Part shown: in pieces, positions 40,143-52,300 of the stretch
Layout: each line of letters begins with the position of its first letter
Position numbering within the stretch: the first letter of the stretch is position 1
DNA from: Azolla caroliniana
Taxonomy: Eukaryota > Plantae > Polypodiophyta
Length of the DNA: 64,000 nt
Direction: 5' to 3'
Assembly: GCA_043228905.1 (NCBI GenBank)
Contig: JBHGNT010000007.1
Coordinates: forward strand, 5,518,001-5,582,000
Position numbers and translations under genes: made by a program
Notes under the pieces: generated by a model
What the model was told of the DNA's origin: nothing
Databases searched by the model: none
Seen by the model: the letters and a program-made list of their open reading frames with translations, nothing else

Positions 40143-42635
40143 TTATTTCCCTTTGCTTTCTTCATTTGTTATTAATTTCAGTAATGTTTGTTGGACTCTG
40201 ACATCACGATCTATCGTCACAATCAAATCAAGTAGTTTCCGTGCTTCTTGTAATTTGCCTCCTTTGCATAATCCTTGAATCAAGGTTGAATATGTTACAA
40301 GGCTTGGTTTAAGTCCTTTCCTCACGAGATCTCTAAATGTGGAAATTGCTAGATCATATCTATCTATCCAAAAATAGCCTTCTATTAACTGAGTATAAGT
40401 CACAAGATCAGGATTACATCCCTCCCTGCCCATGCTTTGCATTAATTCTAAGGCCTTGTCGATGAAGCCACCTTTACACAGACCTTTCATGACCACGTTA
40501 TATGTTACAATATCAGGAATATGTCCACTCTCAACCATCAATTGGAAAGAGTAAATTGCATCACTGCTCCGGCCAGACGTGAAAAGCTCATCTATCAATG
40601 TGCTGAATACATGGTTACTTAGTTTATAGCCCTTAGTCCTCATCTCATTAAGGAGATTCAAGGCATGATCAAACATTCCTTGTTTGCATAACCAGCTTAT
40701 AACCGTAGAATAAACCCCAACGTTCCGTTTCTTGTCACTTTGCAGCAGTCCTTTGAGGGTAGAAAGAGCCTTATCGCGACATCCTGACTGCAAAAAGCCT
40801 AGTATGAACACTTTACATGTAACAGTATTTGGAGTGCAACCTTCTTCCACCATTCTCTCAAAAAACAAGAGAGCTTCGTTTGTTCTATTTACTCTAAGTA
40901 GCCCACTTAGTATCGTATTGTGAGTCATAACATCGATGGAATAGCCCTTCTCTCGGAACTTATCATACATGGCAAGTGCAGCATCTGCTCTTTCAAGCTT
41001 GAACAATGCATCAAGCATCTTGTTAGGCATTTTCGTTTGAGGATCAAAACCCTTACCTCTCATTTCATCCAAAACTTTGATAGCATCATCCATCTGGCCA
41101 TTCTTTATGAGCCCATTTATAAGGATATCATAAGTAAGCCCATTAGCATCACAACCTTGATTCCGCATTTCAGAGAGTATAGAAGTAGCTCTTTCAGGTT
41201 GACCCACCTTAAAGGAACATTCAATCACTGCATTAAAAGCCCTAATACTTGGTCCAAAGCCTGTTGTTGAGAGATCTTCCAAAAGTTCAAATGCCTCATC
41301 TATCTTTTCTTCATTGCATAACCACTTGATCACAATATTATAGGTCACAATAGTAAGAAGCCCCCTCTCCTTCATCAGTTTGAAAATTAAGATTGCTGTC
41401 GTAGCTCTCCCTTCCTTGAAAAGCGCATGGATCAAAGTATTGCAAAGTTTGCTATCAGGATCCAACCCAGCAGTAACCATAGTCTTAAAGAATGCTACTG
41501 ATTCATCAAGCTTTCGAAGCCTACAAAACCCATAGATCAATATCCTGAATGTTACCACATTAGCGAAACAACGCAGGTGAAGCATCTCCTTTAGAGTTTC
41601 CATTGCTTTGTCATCTTTTCCATCTTTGAGGTATCCATCCATAAAAGCATGATAAATGTAGCGATTTGGAGGGCAATTCCTCTCTTGCAAGCAAATTGTA
41701 AGTTTCCTAGCTCTTTTAAAATCGCCACTTCTACAAAGAGCAGTAACCAAAGTAGCAGCAGTCATACTATCGGGGATACAACCACTTTCCAGCATCTGAG
41801 AGAATGCCGAGAAAGCACTGGTAAGCCTCTTTGCATTCACCAAAACACTTATATACTCTCGATAAGTCATTGAGGTGGGTCTACATCCATGATCTTCCAT
41901 AGCATGAAAAGTTTTGATTGCTTCAGGAACAAGATTTGCCATGCCGTAGCTTCTTATAAGCACATTGAAAGGGATGTCATTCAAAGGTATGCCTTCATTA
42001 TTCATGTTTTGGATCATTTTCTGTATGGATTTGAAATCGTGTGCTTCTCCAAGAAGCTTGATAAGAGCATTGTATGTGTGTTGATCATGTGCAAAGTACT
42101 TTTTCTCTCTTATCCATTCAAAAAGACGAAGGCCTAAATTTGGGTTAGATATTGATTGAAGAATCTCAATGAGGTTCGAGGAACCCATATGCGACGAGAA
42201 GAGCTCTGCGAGAGACAATTCAAGACTATAGCTCCATACCTCGTTCTCTTTAAGACGGGAAAGAACTTCAAAGAGCTTTTCCGGCAGCATATCTTGATTA
42301 TATTGTGCATTTCTTGGTGATGGCACTGATGGTGGTAGTGATGATGATATGTATGGTGATGATGGTGGTATGCTAGATGATGATGTTATGTTTGACAACG
42401 ATGATATGCTTGATGATAACGGTGATGATGAAATGCTTAAAGACAGCTTGTTTGATGCTGTCAATGTGATTCCATGGCCTAATTTCTTAATATTGCAAAC
42501 AGAGATGGAAGATAAAGGGAAGCTTTTCTGTGAAGGCAGCAAAGGGGAAGTTACCTGGGTGGAGCTATGCAGCGATGGAGATGAAGATGGAGGAGCAAAG
42601 GATGAAGAGAAGTCTGTACGACTGTGGAGTAACAT
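40143..42635 (-). CDS. P-class pentatricopeptide repeat protein, 830 aa, probably organelle-targeted
   Basis: Single intronless ORF with a Ser/Pro-rich N-terminal extension. About 17-18 tandem 35-aa repeats by length (TYNALIKLLG, PDIVTYNVVMKGLCKGG, PSLVTYSTLIQGLCKGGK). No E/DYW domain. Confidence 0.95.
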   Translation of the reverse strand: MLLHSRTDFSSSFAPPSSSPSLHSSTQVTSPLLPSQKSFPLSSISVCNIKKLGHGITLTASNKLSLSISSSPLSSSISSLSNITSSSSIPPSSPYISSSLPPSVPSPRNAQYNQDMLPEKLFEVLSRLKENEVWSYSLELSLAELFSSHMGSSNLIEILQSISNPNLGLRLFEWIREKKYFAHDQHTYNALIKLLGEAHDFKSIQKMIQNMNNEGIPLNDIPFNVLIRSYGMANLVPEAIKTFHAMEDHGCRPTSMTYREYISVLVNAKRLTSAFSAFSQMLESGCIPDSMTAATLVTALCRSGDFKRARKLTICLQERNCPPNRYIYHAFMDGYLKDGKDDKAMETLKEMLHLRCFANVVTFRILIYGFCRLRKLDESVAFFKTMVTAGLDPDSKLCNTLIHALFKEGRATTAILIFKLMKERGLLTIVTYNIVIKWLCNEEKIDEAFELLEDLSTTGFGPSIRAFNAVIECSFKVGQPERATSILSEMRNQGCDANGLTYDILINGLIKNGQMDDAIKVLDEMRGKGFDPQTKMPNKMLDALFKLERADAALAMYDKFREKGYSIDVMTHNTILSGLLRVNRTNEALLFFERMVEEGCTPNTVTCKVFILGFLQSGCRDKALSTLKGLLQSDKKRNVGVYSTVISWLCKQGMFDHALNLLNEMRTKGYKLSNHVFSTLIDELFTSGRSSDAIYSFQLMVESGHIPDIVTYNVVMKGLCKGGFIDKALELMQSMGREGCNPDLVTYTQLIEGYFWIDRYDLAISTFRDLVRKGLKPSLVTYSTLIQGLCKGGKLQEARKLLDLIVTIDRDVRVQQTLLKLITNEESKGK

Positions 42636-42676
42636 CTCTGAGTTGTACCCCTAGGTGCTCTTTCTCTTTCTTTCAA

Positions 42677-42990
42677 GGATTGAGCTCTCCTCCCCTGTTT
42701 CCAAAGGGTCTTCTTCCTCTGTCTTCATCTCGAGGGTTTTAAGCTCTGTTTTGAAATAGGTTTCGGAAATTTCCACTAAATACCCCTCTCTCTTCTTCCT
42801 TTCTTCAAAATTCCCAGAAATACCCCTGGGATTGGGGATTGAGCTCTCCTCCCCTGTTTCCCAAAGGGTGTTCTTCCTCTGTCTTCATCTCCAGGGTTTT
42901 ATGCTTTGTTTTGAAATAGGTTTCAGGAAAATTCCACTAAATACCCCTCTCTCTTCTTTCTTTCTTCAAAATTCCTTGAAAAATACCCCT
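42677..42990. repeat. ~159-bp tandem duplication in the PPR 5' UTR/promoter region
   Basis: ggattgagctctcctcccctgtttcc..aaatacccct starts at 42677 and again at 42836. Confidence 0.9.
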
Positions 42991-43469
42991 ACATATAGGT
43001 AGCTAGATAGATCTGTAACACCCTGCATTCGTAACAATAACTTACCTCTTATTGCTTTTGAAGGTGGATCCATTGCTTCGATAGCACTCTGGTCCACGCA
43101 AACTAGTTGATAAATTTCTGAAAGGTATCGAGTAAAAACACATGTTTTTTATATAGTTAGGTAGGTAGGTATGATAGATTTTGTTGGTAGTCATCAAAGG
43201 CCAAACCGACTAGCCATACTGTAACTTCCTTCATGCCATCTTATGGCTCTCTTCTACAACTCATTAGTTTTGTATGTAGCTCAGTTTTATACTTCTCACC
43301 TCGCTAGTAGCGATGGCACACTCCTTGAACTGATCAATTCTCGTTTGATGTTTAGCAATGCGACATCCTTCACAATAACTGTTTGCTTATCATCCATTAC
43401 CCGAATGGTGAGATCCTTTGATTGTTATATGAGCTTGAGTCCAACCTTCGTCATTTCGATAGTTGGGTT

Positions 43470-43893
43470 TGTAAATATAAAAACGATAGCGTGCAAAAGC
43501 TAAGATAACCGGCTCGTTTGGATAGCAACAGACCATAGAAAGTAGAGATGAAGGTTTAATGGAAACATTAACACACATACTCGAGAGAGAGAGAGGGAAC
43601 CAAACTTGATTTCAAAAATAATACTCTATACATACAATGTCCTATAGAACACTTTTTATACAAGTCCTCAAAAGGACTAACAGAAGTACTAACGTGTATT
43701 TCAATGCTCATACGAGCAACTAATACAAACTCCAAGAAATATGCCTATGTACTAGGCTAGGACTGTAGGCCTCTAACGGACGATCGGTTCACACTATTCT
43801 GGAGTATGATCCAGTTCTTCAGTTTTCGGATATCGATACGACTCCTTGATCCAGATCCGATTGAGCTTGTCCGCTCAACACTCCCCCTCAAGC
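43470..43893 (-). mobile_element. 3' LTR plus PPT of a copia-type element (same family as solo LTR 10791-11273)
   Basis: Minus strand reads gcttgagggggag (PPT) then TGTTGAGCGG at 43880. Shared blocks include ttttatacaagtcc..aaaggacta..cagaagtact and aatatgcctaygtactaggct. Confidence 0.8.
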
Positions 43894-44299
43894 TCAACTT
43901 GAGGTTGGATCGTTGTTCTATGTCCGTCGGTCCTCTTATCTGGCTTTATTGGAAGGAAGTTATCCATGATTCGTTAACAAGTTGTGATAACAAGTGTATA
44001 ATTACTTTATAAAGTGTAATTTTTTGGACATAGGGGTAGTTTGGTAAATTTGGAACTTCAAGGAGCATTCTGGTAAATAGACGAACTTCCAAGGGTATCC
44101 TAGTACTTTTCCCTAAATTTTATATACATTATAAGTAGTGTCTCCTTTTGATGTATGATTATCAAATTTATGATAAGTATGATGACCAAATTTATGACAG
44201 GTATGATGACCAAATTTATAATAAGTGTGATGTGATAACCAAATTTATGATTATTTTATCACACAAATTCATAATATGTATGATAATCAATATCTCTAA

Positions 44300-44436
44300 A
44301 AAATGGTTTGGTTTGGTTCTAAATTTTCCATGGTTTGGTTTTTATTATAAATAAATGGTTTGGTTTGGTTTGGTTTCAAGGCCAAGAAACCAAATTGAAC
44401 CGAAACCGAATCGGGCCCATTGCTAACCACCACCCT
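44300..44436. mobile_element. End fragment of an hAT-type MITE related to 2176-2690
   Basis: ggtttggtttgg arrays ending aaccgaaaccgaatcgggcccattgctaacc, the reverse complement of the 2176 end motif. Confidence 0.4.
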
Positions 44437-46320
44437 GGCATCAAGTCGTACCTAGTAGTAGGTACTAGCGTGCTCGTTATAAGGGTTTGTTCACCACACA
44501 ATCACAGTCTCAACATAGTCAAAATGATGTGCTAATGCGGGTAGCTAAGTCACATATTTATAGCCAAACCTAAGGCCCCAAGCAAGTTCACACTTGGCCC
44601 GTATGGGTTGTCTCAATTCCTAGGATTAAAAGTAATTAACCCTTCTTTACACTCTTGATTAACCCTTATGCTTTAGACCATAGTTTTAACCATATAGATC
44701 ATACGTGCATTTTTTTTTAGAATGTTTCAATCATTCGAGTATGGTAAATACCATACTTTTGTATTCATTATTTATTATAAGGTAAATTTTTTTTAAGGTA
44801 AGAAAGTTAAGGTAAAAAGTGTAAAAAAAAAAACATAAGAATGTTTTGATAAAATACGCATTCGTTTGCCAATGCATTCAAGTATATTACATACTATGCT
44901 TTAGATCATAATTGAATGCACCACCCCGAGAGTGGATGACTGTTTTAGAGCATGTGTTGTGTTCAATACATCGAGTGATGAAGAGGCAAGCATAATCGAA
45001 GCTTGCATGATCTAGGACAACGAGAATGAGGCCTCCACGGTTGAAGACATAGCCACAAACAACGATGCCAAGTCGGAGGTGGCTATGGACAACACGACAA
45101 AGGAAGATGACAAATGGGTCAAGATATCCTCCCCATTAGTTCTAGAGACTTAGGCAATTGTGTCCGAGAACCAATGTAAGACCCAAGTGATAGAAGGTGG
45201 CGGCGAGGAAACGAAGGTCGAAGCTTATGTGTACAACAAAAAGGCCTAGTGAAGCATGATGGTGCATGTCAAGGGCCAAGCGGGACAAGTGAACCCGAGG
45301 GGTGTTCCCCAAGATGTGATTACGATATCCAACTCGAAGGAGGACAATATCACGAAGATTGAAGAACCAATGGTCAACTCTAACGCAAGAGTATACCATA
45401 AAAGAGGGCAAAACAAGAAACATGCAATGAGGTTGTCTAAGGACCTAAATGTGAGTATGTGCCTGAAAAATGGGCTACAAGGAGTACTCAACATTGATGT
45501 TCGGATGGAACCTAACAAAGGAAAGCACGTATCGTCAAAAGAAGGAAGGCTAAAGGATGATCGGAACGAGGGCGGCACATGCATGGTGCACGATGGACTA
45601 TGCTCAGGCAAAGCGGACGAGGCCATGACAACCAGCAATGGTGGTGCAAGGTGTGGGCAAACAATATGGTGGATCAGCCGTTGGGGTGGCTAACTGTTGG
45701 GACTACCCGTTGTGAATGGGTTGTCCCAACCCAAGGCGGCACCTTCTTTGGAGCTGGGACTAGGACTGGCCTCCTTAGTGAGTCCCAGTTCAAATTGGGA
45801 CAACCTAGGGACACCACAAATTTCTGAAAAGCACGAACAATAGAATAGAAAGCAACAGTGTGAAGGTCTACTAAGCCACAATAAAGAAAATGGGGAGTTT
45901 CTCACCGTCTCATGGCCATCATTTAAGATTTCAAAACATCTTAAGAAGATGAAGACCAATTGTATCATACAAAAATGTGCATGCTCAATTATTGTACCCA
46001 AGATACAATAAAGAGTTCAAAAAAATGCTTAGAATACTGAAGGAATAAGAATAAAGAATACATTACTGGTATATGCAATTCACATATTTCTCCATATCTT
46101 TGGATAAGATCTGGGGTATGGTAGTAGTAATATACAAGGAATAAAAAAAAGTCTTTGTGCCTCTACATCATGGGGATGGTGGGGATGAGAGAGAGATACA
46201 TAGATATATTATTAACATCCACCAAGACACCGATATGATCTGTAGAATGGAGCTGAGCCTTTGGGTTGGATCAAAGTTAAGTTCTCTCAACTTTTGTCAC
46301 TTCAAAAAGTCACAGATTCC

Positions 46321-49300
46321 TCAGGACTCTGTCTGATCATATGTTTCAATTGCCTTAATGCAATCCATAATCGATCCTTTCTTTGACATGGCATCCATCA
46401 AAGCTTCATGAACTTCACTCTTGTTCTTCAAAAGTGAACCAGCAAAAAGCACCTGTAGAGGATGAGCACAAGCCAACCAAATCAGGGTGAATTATCTCAG
46501 GCATTAGTAAGGTCAATATTCATACTTCACGGTATCAGATGGTGTGCTCATCTCTTTTGAGATTTGACTACAATTTTAAATCATTCAATAATGAGTTTTG
46601 ATATCTGATGTTTTAGAAGCTAGAGCAGTGGCTCGAGTAACCAAAAGGGAGCTAATAAAAAGAATATTTAAATGTATGCAGAAACTAAAGGTCTTTCCTA
46701 ACGCAATTGCAAGAGGGTTCAATCCTTGTTAAGGTCACTGAGAGTAAACAACAAGTTGATATTAACGCTTCTTATAGCAGAGAACCATAACCTAAAAGTA
46801 GCTGAGTTACAATCACAGGTGCAGCTCCAGATTCTTGATCAAGATATTTGAACCAAACTGAGTTTTTCTCAAATAGATAGCATTCATATGACCACTGAGG
46901 AAAAACTGTACTTAGGAATATTCAGTTGACCTAGAAACTATTATACATTTTAACATTAAAAAGGGCTCATTTAGCCACTTCAACTCAAACCCTTGAAATG
47001 CTAAAATATACAACCCAGCATCAACTCTACCAAGTCAAACGTGTTGGATCTAAGATGTTAAATGTTCAAAATGATCTTGGGGGCTCATTTAGCCACTTCA
47101 ACTCAAACCCTTGAAATGCAAAAATATATACAACTCGGCATCAACTCTGCCTAGTCAAAATTGTTGGATCTAAGATGTTAAATGTTCAAAATGATCTTGG
47201 AAGTGATTAAATTCAAATAACTGGATAAAATTTTAACCAGCTCACCGCCCATCTGGTAAGATTCTGTTGTTGCTCACTGCTCAGTTGTGGCTTGGTTCTA
47301 TTAATAAGTCTCTGTAATGAAGCATCTTAAACAATCAATTACCTTTCACATTATGGTTCAAATTCAAAGACTACGAGGTTAATTACCTGAAGAGAGAATA
47401 AATCAGCTGATTGGCCCGTAACTTTATCATATTTTAAACCTTCAGCTGCAATGCCAGCCATAGCAACAACTGCAAACCTGTCAAATGGTTAAATAGCCTA
47501 AGTCCATTGACATAGGATAGAGTGGCAAATGGGGCATGAGTATTTATTTACCTATCCAAATCTTTACTGTCCAGTTTACCCTCATAAATGCGTTTCTGTA
47601 CCTTTTCATCAATAAGGTTTACATTCTCCTTCCCAATGTCTAGAGAATACCCCACTATCGGTACACCAAGCAAGTAGGCAACTGAAAATGAGGTAAAATT
47701 CTTGTGTCATCACCAATGCAGAAATATCATGCTATTGACCATAATTAGATTCATGCAAAAGTTTCCATAATAAACTAAATTTTAAGAAATAAACACACGC
47801 TGGCATTATAATAAGCATTACATACAAACTTTAAAAGCTGAAATGGTTTACACATGACATTACCCAAAAAATGAGCTGCCTCGTGTCTAAGTACACGATC
47901 CTGGTAATCCTCAAAGAGTGATGAGAAGCTCCCAATAGCCACCTGCAATAGACTGCCATAGAATTGTGAAGGTACAGAGTTTGCCAAGCAATCAATATAT
48001 AGAGCATCAAACTTCTAGAAAGAGCATTGAAACTACCCTGGTGCAATGCTCCCCACCGCTAGAACCACCAAGGATATGCTTCCAATAAGATACGGTACAA
48101 AGAATCCCCAATCCTGGAATTAACTACCAAACTACCTTAAACTTTCTGCTTGAAAAGAAACAGTTGCATCGAGATATCTAGTGTTTACCCCAGGCAGCTG
48201 ACTCGTAAGTACACCCAGAAATCCTGTAGTTCCAACCACTGTGAACAGAAAAGCTGCCTGTATGACTCAATAATGAGCACAAGCATTTTCAGCTATTTGT
48301 ATCCGGGAGATTTGCATCCAAGATTTTGCAGTTTACACATAACTCACATCAAGGCTTTTGCAGTTTAAATAAATAACTCACTAGCTTACATCATCTCTCA
48401 CACTTGGTACACCAAGTTTTTCAGCATTCTTGATGCCTAGATTTGTCAGCTCACGGACAAATGTCTGAACTCAAAAAGTAAGAAAACATTAGAAACAGTG
48501 CTAACTTGAATATTTCAAGAAAAACAGGGGATCTCTAGAGTGTTTAAATGATCTACTGAGGGTTTGGTTCAATGTTGTTCCCTACCACAAGAATGTGCAT
48601 CAGAAATAGCACATATCTAAACATCATTTATTTCATAAAAAGAAAGTCCAAGAAGGAAGAAAAAACTGACTGTACGGCGTGAAACATAAGGTTGTGAGTT
48701 CCATAATTTTGCCCATCCAGCTTGACGCAATTGCTCCATGGCTTCCATTACAGAATCTCCATCTTTCTGTTAAGATCAAGATATTGCTATTATGAATAAA
48801 TGTGCAACTAAATTTCAATTTAAATTGCAGTAAAAATCCAGATCCTTTTCCTGTAGAAATTTGAGGGTTCTAAGTTTAAATTAAACCCACAATATTATTT
48901 TCCAGTCAACAGACATGTCTATAGCAAAACTCTCACAATCAATCTCTCCATATGTGGTACATGTGTAGTTAAGAAGGAAGATACAAGCATGATCAGACAC
49001 CATGGTATCATCCTCCTATTTTAAGGACCGTTTTGTAAGCATGCAATATTGAGGAATTTGTAGGTAATTACATATTATAAGAATACATAGATGTTAAATA
49101 ATTGCAAGAAAATCATATGCATGAAGTCACAGAGATGTCTCAACTACAGACACTATATCAATTACATAAAGATGAAATAAAAAATAAAGAGAACAACTGA
49201 AACTTAGAAAAGAACAGACCCAACAGAAGGAAAAAATAACAATGACATATAAGAAAACTGAGATAAGACTGCACCACTTCTTTCTGTTAAGAGTTTGATA

Positions 49301-52300
49301 TCCAAATATATTAGAACACCAATACAATATATGACTAGAAAAGAAAAAGTTACTTTATTGATCAAATTTCAACATGCATACATACATCCATAGTCAAAGC
49401 TGTGAATTATCATAAAATGGGGGGCTTCTATAAGAGATTGTGATTGGTAGTTCCACCTGTTGACAAGTTTCAGCAGTGCTAAAAATTTATTTCAGTTTAA
49501 ATCATTTGAACATATCATCCAATGTCAGCAAGGTATGGATGTGGTAACAGTCCAAAATCAATCCAATCAGAGACTATCAAGATTTATGTAGTCTAAATTT
49601 TCAAAAAACATAATACATGATTACATATTACTATTGTAATGGTTCACTGTAATACATATTCAAGTTCATTGTAAGTTACCACTTGTATAGCATAACATGA
49701 GAAAGAAAGAAACATATATTAACATCTTTTAAAAGGCCAAAGTGGCCTATAAAACCAAACAAGAGATTACATCGTGAGTGTTGTCAGAACCATATTTCTG
49801 GCACTTAACCCAAGGTATATATCTAGCATCCAACACTATGTTTGGCCAAACAACCACTCCACCCAGATGATAGGTCTATCTCTTGCTTAATTGTATAGTT
49901 TTGTGTTTGTAACATGCTCCTCAAGGTGGCACATCACATTTCATGGTTATAGGAATCAGTGCAGAAGCAAAACATACCACTAATCAAGAAATCTAGCCCA
50001 TTGATAAACAGCCACTCACTTCTCATGACATTACCCACAAGAATTCAACCATTGGCACCAATGCTTTCTTCTTTCTTGACCGCAAAGCACACAATCCTAA
50101 CGTGGATTAAAGATCCAACCATTCTAGCGAAGAAAAGAGCATACTGAACTAATCAAAACCTCCATATACATTCGTGTACATTACCAAGAGAAACCAGCAT
50201 TCGTAGGACCATAGGGTTTCCTTTACTTCCCTTCAACCATTTTTTGATGCAACAACCCCAACTTGTCCAATAGAATCTGTTGGGAATAAAGGGCCATCGT
50301 GCCTTTTATTAGTGCACGAGTGTGAACGCACTTGTAGCACACTTGACTTGTATATACATAATATCTAAAAACCAAAAAAGAGGTACACTCTTTGTACCCA
50401 AGACAGTGTGCATTTCCCTCTCACTCAGACTCTCTCCCTCTCTGTTTTTTACCTAAACCCTAATCCTCGTGCTGCCTTCAAACTGGTATCAGAGCTGAGT
50501 TTAGGGTTTTCTGCAGAGCAGATTTAAGGTTTTCTGCAGAGCTGAGTTTAGGGTTTTCTGCAGAGCAGAGTTTAGGGTTTTCTGCAGAGCAGAGTTTAGG
50601 GTTTTCTGCAGAGCAGAGTTTAGGGTTTTCTGCAGAGCAGAGTTTAAGGTTTTTTGCAGTGCAAAGTTTAGGGTTTTTTGCAGAGCAGAGTTTAGGGTTT
50701 TCTGCAAAGCAGGTCACGTTTTCTGCAAAGCAGGTTTGGTCCTCCGTTTGGGCTAAGAAATCATGACTAGCAACAGTGACAGTAGCCACCTTATGCACAT
50801 CAAGAAGCTTGAGGGTGCACATAACTTTGCGGTTTGGAAAAAGCAGTGCTACAACATCCTGCTGCAGAAGAAGCATGCAAAGCCTATTAAAGTCAAAGGG
50901 GTAAAGCCTACAGATATGGACGAAGATGATTGGCAAGAGTTGAACAAGCTTGCATGCTCAAATATTGAGTTGTCGATTTCTAATGCCTTGCTATTTAATA
51001 TTGAAGGTTTGGATTGTGCCTATTCTATATGGACTAGACTAGAGGAACTGTATGCCCAGAAGACGGCAGCAAGCAAAGTTTATTGGCTTAAAAAACTTAT
51101 GGATTTGCGTTGACAGAGGGCACACCCATGTCAACTCACCTGAGTGTGTTCAATTCCATTTTCAGCCAGCTGGTTGCCTTGAAATTCATCATTGATGATG
51201 AGTTTAAGGCCACGTTTTTACTTTGCACCTTGCCAGAAAGTTGGGATACTTTCAAGACTGCTATGAGCAATTCAAATGCGATGCTTCTTTATGCCGATGT
51301 AGAGAGTTCTCTACTAATGGAAGAGTTGAGTTGGCAAAATAATGCATCCAATAAGTCCTCTAGTGCATTGCATATGAGGGGTAGGTTACAACAAAGAGGC
51401 AAATCTGATAGTTATGGCCGTAGTAAATCACGTGGTAAAGATGTAGAATGCCATCACTGTGGCAAAAAAGGTCACTTTAAACGTGATTGTTTCAAATGGA
51501 AGAAAGAGAAAGGAAAAGGCAAGAAGATAGATGGTTGCATAGAAGAAAAGAGAGACATTCAACCGAGGAAAGGCATTGCAGATACGAATAGTGACATGCA
51601 CACTTGGTTACTCGATTCCGTGCTTCTTTCACGTCACCCCTCATCGTGAGTGGTTTTCAGATTACACAGGGGGTCGACATGGTGTTGTCCATCTTGGGGA
51701 CAACTATGCATGTGAAATCGCAAGTATTGGCACTGTGCAATTACAGTTTCAACGTGGTTCTGCTTTCACACTTCAGCATGTACGGCATGTACCTCAGGTC
51801 AAGAAGAGCTTGATTAGCACAGGACAGCTAGATGACGATGGATTTCACACCACCTTTGGTGATGGGAAATGGAAGATTTGTAAGGGATCTAGAGTTATTG
51901 CCAAGGGTAGTAAAAGTGATACTTTGTATCCTCTCCATGTATCTAGTGTGAGTGACCATGTCGTTGCCATAACCGAGCAGCCTAGTGTTTCTTTGTGGCA
52001 TGGGTGGCTGGGACACATGAGTGAAACTGGTATGAAAGTATTGTCTCGTTTGGGTTACTTACCATGTCTTCGTTATGCTGATTTTGAACATTGTGATCAT
52101 TGCATTTATGGTAAACATGTACAAACATCTCATAAAAAATCTCTTTCGCTGAAGTCATCCCCGCTTGAGTTAGTACATTCACATGTTTGTCAGATGCCAG
52201 GGCTATCATTAGGGGGAAAGAAATACTTAGTCACTTTTGTCGATGATGCTACACGGAAGGTATGGGTTTACCCTATTCATAGCAAGGATGAAGTGCTCAA

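Noticed and set aside
45256-45693. 145-aa ORF and neighbours at 44950-45830
   Set aside because: No recognisable domain or splice structure. Possibly a decayed repeat, but not supportable.
50490-50735. Regular repeats as a CRISPR array or interstitial telomere
   Set aside because: No unique spacers, no cas genes, eukaryotic context; TTTAGGG occurs once per 24-bp unit rather than as a telomeric tract.
50478-50936. Minus-strand ORF with repeated CSAENPKL peptide
   Set aside because: It is the translation of the 24-bp leader array and antisense gag, not a gene.
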